NCBI GenBank assembly: GCA_965645245.1
Contig: OZ287075.1
Location: 2,046,001 to 2,110,000 of the forward strand
Source: Massalongia carnosa
Lineage: Eukaryota
Direction of reading: 5' to 3'
Length of the DNA: 64,000 bases
A model generated the notes under the pieces. It saw only the letters and a list, made by a program, of their open reading frames with translations. It ran no database searches and had not been told where the DNA came from. A program made the position numbers and the translations under genes. Below, piece after piece: positions 39,709 to 53,015 of this stretch (position 1 is the first letter of the stretch; each line of letters begins with the position of its first letter).

Positions 39709-40460
39709 TCACTTTTGACCCCAATCTAGCTTGAACCTTCCCTCGGCAACCTTGTACTCTCTCAGCTGGCTGACGACTTCCTCTGCGTCTAATGCTTCCA
39801 CTAAGATGCCCGCATTACCTGGAGCAATGAACCCTGAGCTCACCGCTGTCGTCACCCACTGAATTAACCCATCATAGTACCCCTCGACGTTATATATCAC
39901 AATGCCACTGCTGTGGATACCGAGTTGGTTCCAAGTGATGGTTTCCATGAGTTCTTCTAAGGTACCATAACCCCCCGATAAAGCCACAAATCCGCTGCCA
40001 GGTCCCCCCTCAATCACTTCTTTGGCCATCAGCTGCTTCCGCGTGTGCATGTCAGGTACTACTGTTATCCTCCCGAATATTGTCTTGTCAATCATGCTCA
40101 GACTTTCCTGTTCTAGATTGATCAAGGGCTCGGGAATAATTCCATGCACAGAGTTGGGGCCAGACAGAGAAACCAAAGTCCTCGCGATTTCTCCCATGAT
40201 GCCAACGGTCCCTCCCCCGTAGACCAGTGAAATGTTACATTTATGGAACTCTTGTGCCAAGGATCGAGCTGCGGCAAGGTGGGCTGGGGAAGTGCCTGGG
40301 CAAGAACCGCAGCTGAAAATATGTAAGCGCAGCTATGCTAATCGCGAATTGGGACATCTTACAAAACGCACACTACAGCACCTTTGGTAGAGCCGTCTCT
40401 TGCTGGAGCTGAAACCTCAGCGCCATGCACGGTTGGAATTATCAGAGCCTCGGAAGCCAT
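39709..40460 (-). CDS. LOG-family phosphoribohydrolase (cytokinin-activating / 'lysine decarboxylase-like')
   Basis: VCVF|CGS, LVYGGGTVGIMG, MHTRK, SGGYGTLEE, TWNQLGIH. Confidence 0.93.
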
Positions 40461-40813
40461 GAAAAACCCCTTAGACAAATTTTGAACAGTAGAATAAACT
40501 TATCGGACGCTTTTTAGATCCAAAATTCCGCGTCCGCTCGAACTTGTTATGACCGAGAAGGAGAAACGAGAGAAGGCAAGTTGACAGACAAGCATTTCGT
40601 TATTTAATTTCGTGAATGGCTATATATAAGATGCATCCATCGTGAATCACCTTTACAAGCTAGATAGTTGTAGAGTATATCCAAGTTGAAGTTCCATACC
40701 CAATGTGTGTCTTGTCCTGTCCGTAAACTTTACAATCACTTCAAATCCGAATCGCATTCATCATTTCTTTGCTGTGGCTTTCTTAACGCCAACGCTGAAA
40801 CAACTGCCAAAAG

Positions 40814-42894
40814 ATGCCGCAAGCAGCTCGAGCCGGTGATGCTACAGGAACAGAGGCGGGAATGAGTGTGAGATATTGGTCCTATCGGCCTTCTCCCTAT
40901 TATATTGCTTAAAGCTGACGGTGCCTAGACCACCATCAAATCTGCGGTACAAGGTATAGGCATATTCCTCATCGCTCAACTCGTTGTATCGCAATTCTTT
41001 AGTAGCAATAACAAAGATGCCAATTCATCGCTCAACTCTGCGGTTCCCGCATATAGTGATAGACCAACGGAAGGATTGGGGATAACTGAATACAACCCAA
41101 TTCCGCAAAAGATTGCGCCAATATGGCCAATGAACAGCTCTCTGGATCTCTCGATCTATGTAACTTCTTCGCTAGTTATGCCCCCATTGAGTTCAGTTGA
41201 TCCCAGCACATTGGTATTGGAAGAGAAAGGTTTTGTCTTGGGTGATTGGAAAGAGAATCGACAGATCGACACCACGTTTTTGGTTCCTAAGGAGGTGCAG
41301 GGGAATGGCACACTTTGGGCACATTTTTACGTGGCTCTTCAAGGTCATAAGTTGGATCCGTTAGCTAAAGATTATGATATTGCAAAGGCCTATCACTTTT
41401 TTCGGCCCCTCAATCATATTTTACCGAAGAAAAGGATTGCGAAGACGAAGAAGCTCCTTGGGGGTTCCGACGAGAAAGATGCTAGTGAAAAGGCGGATAC
41501 GCAAAATCCCAAATCTGGATCTTACTACCATCCTAATTTCACCATGTCATTTGTTCCGGATTCTGGGACCCCCCTCTACCCCAGTATGCATCCGGCTGTC
41601 CGTCAATATGTCCAACTTGAGAGCACTGGCGCTAGAGATTCCTCGGGCCAACATGGATGGTACTATCCTATCCTGTTTGTCAATACGTTTTGGCAACTCA
41701 AAGACCATATGATAGAACTTAACTCTACTGTCACTTCGCTTCCTCTTCATATCAATCTGAACAACATCAACAACTGGAAATTTAGCCTATATGCGAGCGT
41801 CGATGAAGGGCTTAAGCAAACCCAAAACAAGGCTGCAAGTGGCGGACCAATGCCCGCAGGAGGAGACGGGAGCGAGTTTGAAGAGTTCAAACGGGTTCTC
41901 GTAGACACCAACATCTACCTACTTTCAACAACTGCCATTGTTAGTGTTTTGCACATGGTTTTCGAGGGACTTGCATTCAAGAGTGATATTGTGAGTACCG
42001 CGCCCTTTAACGAGATACTTTTTTAATCATTACCTCTAGTCCCATTGGCGCCACAAGAAAGACAATGTTGGGATATCTGTACGCACAATTCTTGCCAATG
42101 TGTTTATGCAGACGATCATTTTCTTGTACCTTGTCGACAATAGCGACGGTACGTCCTGGATGATTCTCCTAGGACAAGGTATGGGTATTCTGCTTGAGGC
42201 TTGGAAAATTACCAAGACGGTCGATGTTCGGATCAGGCCAGGAGCTCCAGACGCTTGGCTCCCTTATAAAATTACATTTGAGGATAAACATAAACTCTCC
42301 GATACCGAAAAGAAGACAAAAGAGTATGATGAGATTGCTTTCAGATACCTATATCTTGTGGCAATTCCACTCTTGCTAGCCTATGCTGTGTACAGTGTTC
42401 TGTACGATACGCATAAAAGCTGGTATAGTTTTGTCATTACTACGCTTGTCGGCAGCGTTTATGCCTATGGATTCTTGATGATGGTTCCAAGCCTGTACAT
42501 CAACTATCGTCTAAAGGTTTGCTATAGCTGTTGGCCTTCGTTGTGTCTTTTTTGCTAACAGTAGTGACAGAGTGTTGCACATATGCCTGCCAAAGCTATG
42601 ACATATAAATTTCTTAATACGTTTATTGACGATCTATTTGCCTTCACCATCAAGATGCCAACTCTTCATCGTCTTGCAACGCTTCGAGATGATGTTATTT
42701 TCTTTGTTTATCTTTACCAAAGTTGGGCGTATAAAGTTGATTTCACTAGAGTCAACGAGTTTGGACAAGGAGGACAAGAAGAGGAGCTTGAGGTCAAAGT
42801 AACGAACAAACCCCTTACAGCACCTGCGGGTGGGGAGTCGAGCATCTCGAAGGTAACAGGGACAGAAAGAGGGTCCACCAGGAAGCGTAAATAG
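40814..42894 (+). CDS. CLPTM1: CLPTM1-family ER membrane protein (multi-exon)
   Basis: NGTLWAHFY, NTFWQL, LAFKSDI|SHWR, TKEYDEIAF, YKFLNTFIDDLFAFTIKMPTLHRLATLRDDVIFF, RVNEFG. Confidence 0.95.
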
Positions 42895-43564
42895 AGCTTG
42901 AATCAGGCTCTTAAAGGGTAGTTTAAAAGTCCCTTGGTCAATTTTGTTTTTGTTCGCTGGTGTGGACCAATTAACCACCTGGCTCATCAATCACTGTCAT
43001 CTATCGTCGCTTTTCGAGAATCTAGAAGGGGTCTTAGATCGTGAAAGTATGGATATTGAATCACGGTTAAGTTGAGTATAGTGCTTGTCCCTTCTCATCC
43101 CTCTCTCCAACTTCTTGGGTAGTTCACTCAGAGTTTAAAGCTTCACATGCCTCAGCCCCTTCACTTTTGGTTTGTTGTGTCTCAATTCGTCAGTGTTGGA
43201 CGACGAGCTCCGAAAAACTAATGTCTCGGCGTGAGTTGCGAAATCTCTATGCTCGTTTGACCGTGATTCTCACGCCTGCTTTCTGTGCCAAAGCTACAGA
43301 ACCTTCCGGACCAGATCAACGACTAAGCGCGATCCTCTATATACTAAATAATATTTCTTTCTTACATTCGATCTTCCTTTCACCTCGTCCATCTAACATC
43401 CTCTCTCACCCCGACATCTTTGGCTTTCCCACCAGAACTTCCCCCTTTTTATTAACATCACGTGGTTTCCATCAACCGTTTGTGAAGTTCATCGTCCTTC
43501 ATCATCACAAAATCGACGCTAACTAGCTATAGCGCGGAATTATAGATATAAGCTGAGGATCACC

Positions 43565-44386
43565 ATGTCGTCACAACCAACCTCCACCGTTAGTACAAAA
43601 AACCAGCATTTACTCTCTACAACCATCACTTGCTCTTTTCGTCCATCAGCTCATATTTATTATCATCCTTAGTCAGAGTATCTTCTCTTGCCCCTCTTCT
43701 TGGACGCACAGCAGCGATTCTCTTCGGGCCTAATCTCCAAAAAGCTCTTAACACTTTTTGGCCGCCTCGAAGCCCTTGAGATGGAAGAACCCCCCTCCTT
43801 CTCTCCCACCGACAATCCCATCGACTACGCACTCTCGGAAAGAGAGTACTACGTCGCCCTAGTGGAGAAGAAGGAGAAGCTGGTCGCGGACATCAACACG
43901 GCCCTTACCGGCACCATCGCCCGGAGCGCCGCGATCGCCAACCGTATGAACACCATTGCGGTTGAGGTCGCCGGCCATGAGGGGGACATCCGGCTCCACG
44001 AGGAGCACCTCGGCTTCTTGGCCGCCAACGCGCTTGCACTGAAGCGCGAGGCAGAGGCCTACGCCCGGACCGGAGCCCCAGGACAGGACGGGTCCCTGGT
44101 GGCAGGGAACCTGGCCCTGTTCCAGCTGGAGCAGGAGACGGCCCAGCTAGTGGAGATGAAGCGGGCGCAGGCGGCGCGGTTGAAGAAGGGGGAGAGGCTG
44201 GGGCGGCGCGCGCGGGCAGCTGCGCGGGACGGGGCCCACGGGGAGGCCATGTTGGAGGTGGCGAGGGAGGTGGTGGAGAAGCTGCGGGGGGCTGTGGAGA
44301 TTTGTGAGGGGACGTTGGAGCAGCTGGGGTGGAAGGCGGAGGTGGGAGAGGGGGAAGAGGTGGCGGAAGCGACCCCTCGGGCGTGA
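43565..44386 (+). CDS. Hypothetical coiled-coil protein
   Basis: Short exon MSSQPTST, intron 43589-43672, then in frame with ORF 43688-44386. Ala/Glu/Leu-rich, strongly GC-rich third positions. Confidence 0.6.
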
Positions 44387-44900
44387 GCTGTGGGGAGGTG
44401 AGAGGGGGAGAGCCCAAGGGCGTATATGATGCGGTGGGTCTAGCCAGAGGCTACGAATACACGTGGAAGGGGGAGAAGAAGACGTGGTGGAGAGGGAGAG
44501 CGGTGGGCTTACGGTGTGGAGGAAGGTCGATGAGAGCTTTTCCTTTATTTTCTTTTTGCCCTTTCTTTTTCTTTGTAGAAGGGTGTTCAGGGCATTGGGA
44601 ACAGGATAGAGGGAGGGGCTTTCAGCCCAGGGGGGGCGTTTTATTTACTACGTGGCCATGGGCCTACAGTTTACCTATCTTCGGGGGAGGTTTCTTTCGT
44701 GTGCTGGCTTGCGCCGATAGGATGAGAGGGCTCGGTTTCTTTTGTAACTTTCTTTTTTTCTTTTTTTCACGGGTGTTTTGTCGAGGAGTTAATTCGTTTG
44801 TGCGCGGGAGCGTATCCTTCTTTTATTCAATTGCTGATGTAATCGTGATAAATGTTCCTTAACGTGACTCTAACATTGGATGTCTATTCTTCTACAGCGC

Positions 44901-45767
44901 TCAAAAGAACCGCCACCAAATCAGCACAATCATAATGAAGCCCACCGCTCCTATAGGCCCGTACTGCTTGAGCAAGAGCTCCCAATTAATCCGCACGGCT
45001 GCCTTCCGGTACTTCTTGCTGTCCTCCCTCAAACGACCTGACATCTCACCCATCCGTTCCAGGCTATCCCCCCGGTAAAGCAGGTCCTCGATATTCTTCG
45101 TCATCACCTTGGTCACGTCCCGTAGCTCGTCGTTGAGTTTGTCGAGGTTCTGGCTCGCCCGGCTGTCTTGGTACGTTTTCTTCGTGCGCTGGATGAAGGT
45201 GTCGAACTCAACAAAGGCGTAGGGACGGCAGCTGGGCGAGAGGTAGTTCGATGAGGCATACGTCGTTGTGAACTCGGTGGCGAGGTCGGAAAGGTAGGTG
45301 AAGGCTAGTTTGCGGGGGTAGGAGCGGTCGCATATGCAGAGGAAGCAGACAGAGTCTTGGATGAGATAGCTAAGTAATGAAAAATAAATAAATTTTTAGA
45401 GATAGAATGAGAACTATGGAAGAATCGGCAAAGCTAGGTGAGAGCACACTCACTGAAGGGTGTATTGGCCAGCCTCGATGCTGGCTTGTGGTTCCGAGTT
45501 CCGGTTCAGACGCCGTATGACCATCTTAGCATTTTGTTTGGGTTCCACGAGCTCAGCGTTTGACTACGTGATACCACAGGTATTTAGCAAATGTCCCCTA
45601 CAAAATAGTTGTAGAGCGCCGCTTGTAATGGGTGATGAGGCGTACCTGCTCGTCATCCACCGAGGCAGCAAGCATAAGGCCTGAAGCCACCATTAGCCAC
45701 ATCGGACATTTCTTGGTTGTTTGATAAGTTTACCATCGATCCTAGCTATTTGCGTAGATTTTACCAT
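44901..45767 (-). CDS. SEC22: Longin R-SNARE Sec22 (multi-exon)
   Basis: MVKSTQIARID|GLMLAASVDDE...YPRKLAFTYL...RPYAFVEFD...MTKNIEDLLYRGDSL, C-terminal TM helix. Confidence 0.97.
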
Positions 45768-46389
45768 GTCTGACTTTTCAATGTGGTTCGGCCTCTGGCG
45801 TGTTTATACCATTGAAGAGAAGTGCCCTGTTATGGTGGGTGCATTATAAGCTGCCTTGAAAGAGAAATCCCCAGTTGTACTCCCTCCGCTCAAGCAAAAG
45901 GGTTTGATGAAAACTAGCTCAACACTGTATGATATTAGTGGGGATCAACTCTGTCTGCTCTTAACTATCTAGAAGAATAACAAAGAATTTCTAGGCTGTA
46001 AGTTATGTTTAAAGGAGAAATCTACATGTCTAGAGGCGTTGACAAGAAAAATGTCGGATGTAATGATCCAAGCTCCAATATGCTTCTAGGCTCAGAGGAG
46101 TTAGCTACTCCGTATACAGTAATCAGCTCGCCAACTAACTAGTTGAAGTTAGTCACTCCCACACACACAACGTTGAAACAAAACATCTCGGCCGGATTTA
46201 AATCGTCAAACACCGGATTTAACTCGTTTGAAAAAACACTAATGAAGATAACTCGCTACGTTCATTTTGCAACTTTTTCATCAGCTCGAGGCTGACGTTG
46301 AAATTTTATGCAACATAGCTTGGGGGTATATTGTGAATATAAAGAACCGCTTCGTAGACTATATCAGTCAACTTTTAATTGGCTCCATC

Positions 46390-47391
46390 ATGCCACGTAA
46401 GAAGGCCAAGTTTACAACAAGGGTCCAGCGCCCACGTGCAGTAAAGAAAAACCCGTGGGACGTGGAATTTGTAACGACGTCGCCAGAGTCTAGGCTAGTT
46501 GACGCTGATCTTATTGTATGTAGCTGTGCTTTGGTACTCTGTACAAGGGGCGTGCTTACTAGTCCAGGGAATGCTTGCAAAGCCGGAGACATGGGCTCAC
46601 TTGACCAAAGAAGAAATCGAGGAGGTTACAGCTCATTTTCCAGAACATGTGCCTCGCAACGACGATGGATCCATCGCCATGGATTTCCTTCGCTATGATA
46701 ACGATTGGCGTCACGGTGTGCGCCAATGGCAAGGTGATCTCGCTGCTGGACATTTGAACAAGGATTGGCAACAGCAAGCCGCGACCGCGGTTCAAGAACG
46801 CAAAGCTGGCAAATTCGACAAGTTCAAGGAAGATGAATTCGAAGAATTCTGGGGACAAAAACAGAAGCAGACTTGGAACATGCGCGCGGGAGAATCTGCT
46901 GTGCTGAAGCTTGCCGACCTCATTGCAGCTGGCTTGTTCAAGAAGGGAGACTTCTGGGTCTACTCCAAGGTATTTGGTAAAGGAGCAGAACGAGTTGAAG
47001 TGGTAAAAGACTGCAAGGTATGTTAGCATTGGGATCTATACGGCACATATTCTAAATCTGCATAATCTAGATTGTGGGGATTGGAGAGACTACGCTGAGC
47101 TTTGCGGTCCCGCCAGGTACGCTGAGGTATGCAAGGCAACCTATCAAGGAGCGAATCCCCAACGAAGGAACCGAGGGCTCGCCAATCAACTCACCTTCCG
47201 AGGACATGGCTACATACGCGGTCTCCAATGTCCGCATGCTGGAAGACAAGATCGTAGAAACCGATGGTCGTGTCACCAACTTACATCACCACAATGCTTG
47301 GAAATATTTCCGCTGCCAGCGCGACAACCAGGATTTGGGTAGTCTCTTTGAAATCCGCGAGGAGCATTACGTGTGGAAGCATCCTCATTAG
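46390..47391 (+). CDS. Asx-homology (ASXH/DEUBAD) domain protein
   Basis: SPESRLVDADL|...WAHLTKEE...FLRYDNDWRHGVRQWQGDLAAG...WQQQA...FEEFWGQKQ, with two introns. Confidence 0.8.
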
Positions 47392-47748
47392 GAAAGTCGG
47401 TTCCGGTTTCCTTTGTACTGCTCATGGCGTTGGCATACGATACCCCTGGAGCGTTCTTGAACTGGCGTTGAGATTGAGGGCTGGACAGATGATTTATTCT
47501 GTTGGGTGGAGACTGCGGGCAAAGGACTGAGAGATTTACATAGCAATGCAATGTGAACTCTCAAGCATTTTTGAGAATAAAATTTTTGTTCAAATCCTTT
47601 CCTTACACATTTAACCCGTAAACCGTAAGCGAAAAGAACCCCCTTTTATAGTTTGACTGCGTTTAGATCCAAGGTGGCGGCTATTCTGCAGATAAATTCG
47701 GCTTTCGCATCCTCTTTATCTACCCTCGTAAACTCCTTCATTGGCACC

Positions 47749-48856
47749 ATGGGATCCTCTCAGGAGCCACCACTTGATGAGATTCAATGGCGCTCACCAC
47801 CGATCGCTCAATCCATGGGAGGCATTCATACGAACACTCGTAAGTGATTTCTATGCCGCTCTACTGCTGCTACTGCTAAACATTGGCACCCTCGTAGTGC
47901 TGCCTTACTTCTCTCACTCCCCATTTTTTGACGCTACTTCGAACAATGCGACCATTACTACTCAGGCCACTTATAATCCTAATTTGTTCTACCTGATTCA
48001 GACCAGAGAAGCCTTTGAAGCACGATTAAAAACAATGCAAGGTCTAGAGTTCATCGTCATCCAGGACCCATCAGATAATGGACATACAATAGAGAATAGT
48101 GGAGTTTGGGTGATTCGAAAACAGATTCGGCGCAAGAGAGCTGGGCAAGACGACGATCTCATACCAATTAGTTCGTATTTCGTGGTTGGGGAAAACATCT
48201 ACATGGCTCCATCGGTGGGAAATGTGCTCGGGAGTCGGCTAGTACGTCCAAGTATTGAAGCTACAGTCTATGATTAAGCTTATGATAGGGCATAGCTCTC
48301 AACGGTCGCCTGTCTTACCAAGTTTCTATCTACAGCATCTACTCTGCCACAATTTACGCCTTCCACGGGCCACACCTATTTTCCTCCACAGTCCAAAGGC
48401 CTTATAGCTAGCGGTAGCACCCAGGCAACCCAAACAAGCAAGGAAAGTACTCCGATGCCTGGTACACAGGATAGCGGCGTTAGTACAAAGCCATCACTAA
48501 TCCAGAAACTCGCGTCTGATTCCGAATTCCAAGGACTTCAGATGCTCGCGGAATCAATTGGCCTATCTTCGCGTTATGGGAATGAATACATGGATGATAA
48601 TCCACTAGTAGGCGAACCAGGCTCTTTCATTCTCTCCAAGTCTCGTGAAGCGGGGCCTCTATCCTCCCAACCAACACGAAGAGCTCCCACATTAATAACA
48701 ATCACCACCACCTCGGAGGCCAAGCCGAGCACAGTTGCTTTACCACCAAAAAACGCAGGTAAAGGAGCGGAGAAAAGCCCCATATCCCCAGGGACTAAAG
48801 AGAAGAAACAAAGACGAAAAAGTAAAGCTGCCGGAGTTATAACAACGCCAAAGTGA
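47749..48856 (+). CDS. MED6: Mediator subunit Med6
   Basis: PLDEIQWRSP...|VLPYFSHSPFFDATSNNA...GLEF...VWVIRKQ.R...YFVVGENIYMAPSV. Confidence 0.95.
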
Positions 48857-51236
48857 AGAACCTAGGTCAGTATGCACGACAATTATCAGTATCAGATTTC
48901 TGCTATTTGGTACCGTCACTTCTGGATCTCGAGGGTCAAAGACTATGCATACAAGAACAGGCGGCTCGGGCATAATGATTATTGAAATCATTGATCTGAG
49001 AATATATCCTGTCGTGTTCAAGTAAGACCTCGACGCCCTAGGAGGCGGTGAGCAAATGGCGGGGCAAATATCTGGAAGGTTTTTATTGAATATGCTCTTC
49101 TAAAGCCATGATGCTGTTACGTCAATATTCAAACAACCTTGTACAAAGCAGCGTTTGTTCGCCGTACGGGATATGACCTGTTTCATCACAAAGTCACTTT
49201 CTCCCTACAGTTTATCAACGCCTTCATTTTCTCGCCTTAAATTTTTCCACCCTTTGGGCATCTGGACTTTCCTCGACATCTTTTCAAGATCCATACTTCT
49301 GGGCTAATTTAGCTGATAGCTTCTGATAAGTTCACGTGGCAAAGGAAACATACGAGGCCGGTGGTCTTGCGACACGCATATGCCCCCTCACAGTCAGTAG
49401 TCAGTGACGAAGTTGTTATACCGATTGTTACGACTCGAAGATGAGGTTCATCCACTAGGCCCTGTTCTAAAGCGCTCTCTTTCGATACAATGTACATCGG
49501 TTGGATTCAACTGGAAATGGGTAGGCGCTGTAAAGTCTTTGATTATGCGATGGTCCTCGGAAAAGGCCGCTTGGCAGCAAAGAAGGGGCATTCATTGGGA
49601 CACGCTAGTTCAGCAATTTTTCTTTGATATCAATTAAGCTGACGAGCGTGGAGGTGAGTTCATGGTTGCGCCAAAGGAGCCGAGATCTGGACACTCAGGT
49701 TCTGCGGAGTTAGGGCTGAACGTTATGTTTGGCTTAAAGAATAAGAAACAGATGGTTATGATGCAAAAAGGGTTCGAAGACTTAGTCGAAGAGCTTTGTT
49801 TAGATGGAGAGTCAGGTATGGTGGTGAAACTTCTATCTTGGTTCCCATTCGCCTGAGGCAAAAGCTACCGTTTCATCTCAATCGGGAAAAAGGTGGATGT
49901 GCAACTGCCGCGGTATCTGATGACCTTTTATTTGACCAGCCTATACGCTTCTACTGAGAGAGCCCCACAGGAAAGGCTTGGTTATCTTGGAAAATTAAGT
50001 AATGGTGATGGCTTAAGGGATAGTGGATAAGTAAGATATTATTGAACGCATGTCGCGCAAATGACGCATAGAAGTGGTGCAAGATACCTATTCAGGGGCT
50101 ATGCGTTTCTATTCTCACCAGCTATTTTCTGCCTTGGCCATTTTGAGCATGCATCTGAGGGAGTTCGTTATTCACGATAGGTTGAGTTTGAAAAGTAACT
50201 TCCGAGCTGATAATAGAGGGAAGGGAAATCTTTCAACACTCTCAAGAGGATCTTACACTGTTTATCGTCTCTTTTTTCGTTTTTATTCTTCATGCAAGGA
50301 GACAGTGACACGATTTTCGGACTGACATCGCGAGGATGATGGCTGTTTTGTATCGCGTTGCTTAAACCTTACTGCATACACGGTTTAGCTTGATCTTCTG
50401 AAAAAATGACTGTTCTAATTTTGAGGTAAGTCGGTACCGTTTATGTTGAAGTTTTCCCTGATTTTTTCCCTTTCCTTGCGCCTAGAGTTGGCTCCTAGAG
50501 AAAGACCAGCCAGCTACCTAGTAGATTGACTCCCTATCTATCCACCTAGCTATGTAGATGTTTCGGGTGATTTACAAGACCTTTCTTTATCCCTTCAACT
50601 CTCCCCGCTTAAACAAGCGATCGAGTTCCCGCCATATTTTTTTCTTTCTTTTTCGTTTGCTTCCGTTTGCCGTTTTTGAGGAGCTTGCTTTGTACATATT
50701 TGGTCCATCCAATGTTCTTAGTCGTTTGTCCCAGCAACGTCCTCTGTCCTCCTCAGCATCTGGTGAGATTCCCCTCTTCCCGCGGGCTTCCGGACAGCCT
50801 CCCCGGGGGCTGGTGATGGAGATGGCTCTCCTTCTTCGCCGTGTTGTTGGAGTCAGTCAGGTGGAAGCTTCTCTGTGATGATGGTAGGTATCTAGGATGG
50901 CTAGTACTACGTTATTGGTTGGTTGGGTCTGCAGCTCTTTCTCCAACTCCCCACTCCTGGAACCATTGACACCAAATAGTTATTCCACAACAACAATAAC
51001 AATAAACAACAACAAGCCTTCTGCCCCTTCAAAACCTAGTCATAGGCGCTTGCGACCGATATCGGAATTGTATGTACGGTTTTAAATTAACTATGTTAAA
51101 ATCAGATACCCCGCCCTCGAACATTTCGGGGGAGAGAAGATATCGTCCGGGGGCGCGAGATCGATTAAAACTACTCTATCTAGGATAGAAATGCTTGAAC
51201 GTAAAAGTAAAAAGTAATACGACCGGATCTTAGCCG

Positions 51237-51237
51237 T

Positions 51238-51277
<40 letters not shown>
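51237..51277. repeat. (GCTT)n microsatellite
   Basis: About 9 tandem GCTT units read directly. Confidence 0.9.
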
Positions 51278-51952
51278 CAACCCATCTTTTTCTCTCAAAG
51301 TCCAAATCCGGGGGGTATTTCTTTCGATTTTTTTAAAAGAAACGTAATCATCATCCACTTCTCTCTCCCCCAGTAACTCTTTTCCGAACTTCCCCCATAG
51401 CCCGGTTCCGATCCGATAGCACAGAGATGGCCCAGTCAAACATCTTGCCCATAGCTCGGGAGAGAAGAAACACCCCCCATCCATATCCGTGCTCACTTTT
51501 CCATGTACGAGTAGTCGAGCGCGGAATACTTGTACATAAAAACGTCAAACGAGTTTTTTCGTGATTTAAACTAGAGCGTCTTAACGGGACTTGGACTCCG
51601 CGTGCTGAGTAGTCATCTACGAGTACATATGTACAAATTCGCTGGAAGTTTATTTATTTTTAGTAACGCTGGTATAAATAGTTGCGATATGTACTAGCTT
51701 TTTGAATAATCATTGGAGATAAGGGTTTGATATTGGAGTTGAGTTGGAGACAATCGATTATATACGATCGTTCAAAATCGACTGGACTTCATCCATGCAT
51801 AGAAAGGAATATAGATCAGGGGCACGATTAGTCCTTTTTTTTGTGTAATACAAAAAAAGTCTTGTGAGTAATCTTGACTTTTCTCAGTTGGATAAACATC
51901 AATCAACAACATTGGTCCTGCTTGCTAGAGTTCGATGGAGTTCAACCTAGGC

Positions 51953-53015
51953 TTAGTGACGGAAATCGCGTGGGCTCTTCCAGACTCGTTTCCCCAAGAG
52001 AGGTTGAAGCCAGCTCGCGTCGCTGGGGCCAATGTTATCAATCGCGGAAGCAGCCACTGTGTTAACGCTACTGCCTCCAATTGGAGGGGTAGACTCTACG
52101 GTGCTGGCGCCGCTGGCGCCGTCTCCGGTGGTGGCAACCGGGGAGGCGAAATCCCAGAGGTTGGGGGTCGCGTTGCCGCCCGCAGTATCAACGTTCTCGG
52201 CTACGGTAGGGGATGTCAGGTCTTGATATCCGTTAAAGGTGGCAAGAAAGCGTTCTCGACGTCAAGAGCGTTGCCTCCCGTGTCCCCACCGCTAGCGACG
52301 GAACCAGCGGTGTCATCGGTTCGGGAGGAGGAATCGTCTTCACCAGGTGCGGCAGGAGCTCCAGGATCTCCCGGGTTATCCAACGGTGGTGTGGTTTCGA
52401 ACGTGGTCTTCGGCTTAGGACAGTTATTTGGCTTCGCTGAGGGTAACCCTCTCGCAGTCTGCCCGGAAATGGGGTCGGAGTAGTCGGCATCGGTACCTCC
52501 CCATTCGTCTTCGTGGTAGGGGTTTGGCCGCTTAATACCGCCTCTGTAGCAAGCGTATCCTAATCGGCAGCGAATCAGGTGATGTCGGTTGGCTTTGCAC
52601 TTTTGGATATCATGAACTTACGTATGGTATCCGATATGATCCAGGTTTTCTATTTTCTGGTAATGCAATAGTCGAGACCAAAATAAAGAATGCTCTTGTC
52701 GGCGTCTGGGATTGGGGGAATAGTCCAATCGTCCTCCCATTTAGGCCATGCGAGTTCCACATTTTCCGTGCCTGGATAAAATCCTGATTAGACCCTGAAG
52801 CTGTTCCCTACAGATAAGGGTTTGTCGTTGGGACGCAAGGCGTGCTCATTCACTCGTATACATCGTCCGATGGGTATCTGAAAGGCGAGTTAGCAAAACG
52901 GGGCCAGTGGAATCCGTCAGACTGTAGGTTTTAGACGCACTATCCTGTTCGCATGGGCGATAGGCACGATTAGGATCAGAATGAACCTGAAGGATGCTGA
53001 CACAAAGCTCCGCAT
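51953..53015 (-). pseudogene. Secreted protein pseudogene (3 exons, 2 nonsense codons, 1 frameshift), unknown family
   Basis: Signal peptide MRSFVSASFRFILILIVPIAHA. Phase-consistent introns 52878-52940 and 52560-52621. In-frame TAA (52788-90) and TAG (52650-52), frameshift near 52225. Confidence 0.7.

Noticed and set aside
51935..52483. 182-aa + strand ORF
   Set aside because: Antisense to the better-supported secreted-protein pseudogene.
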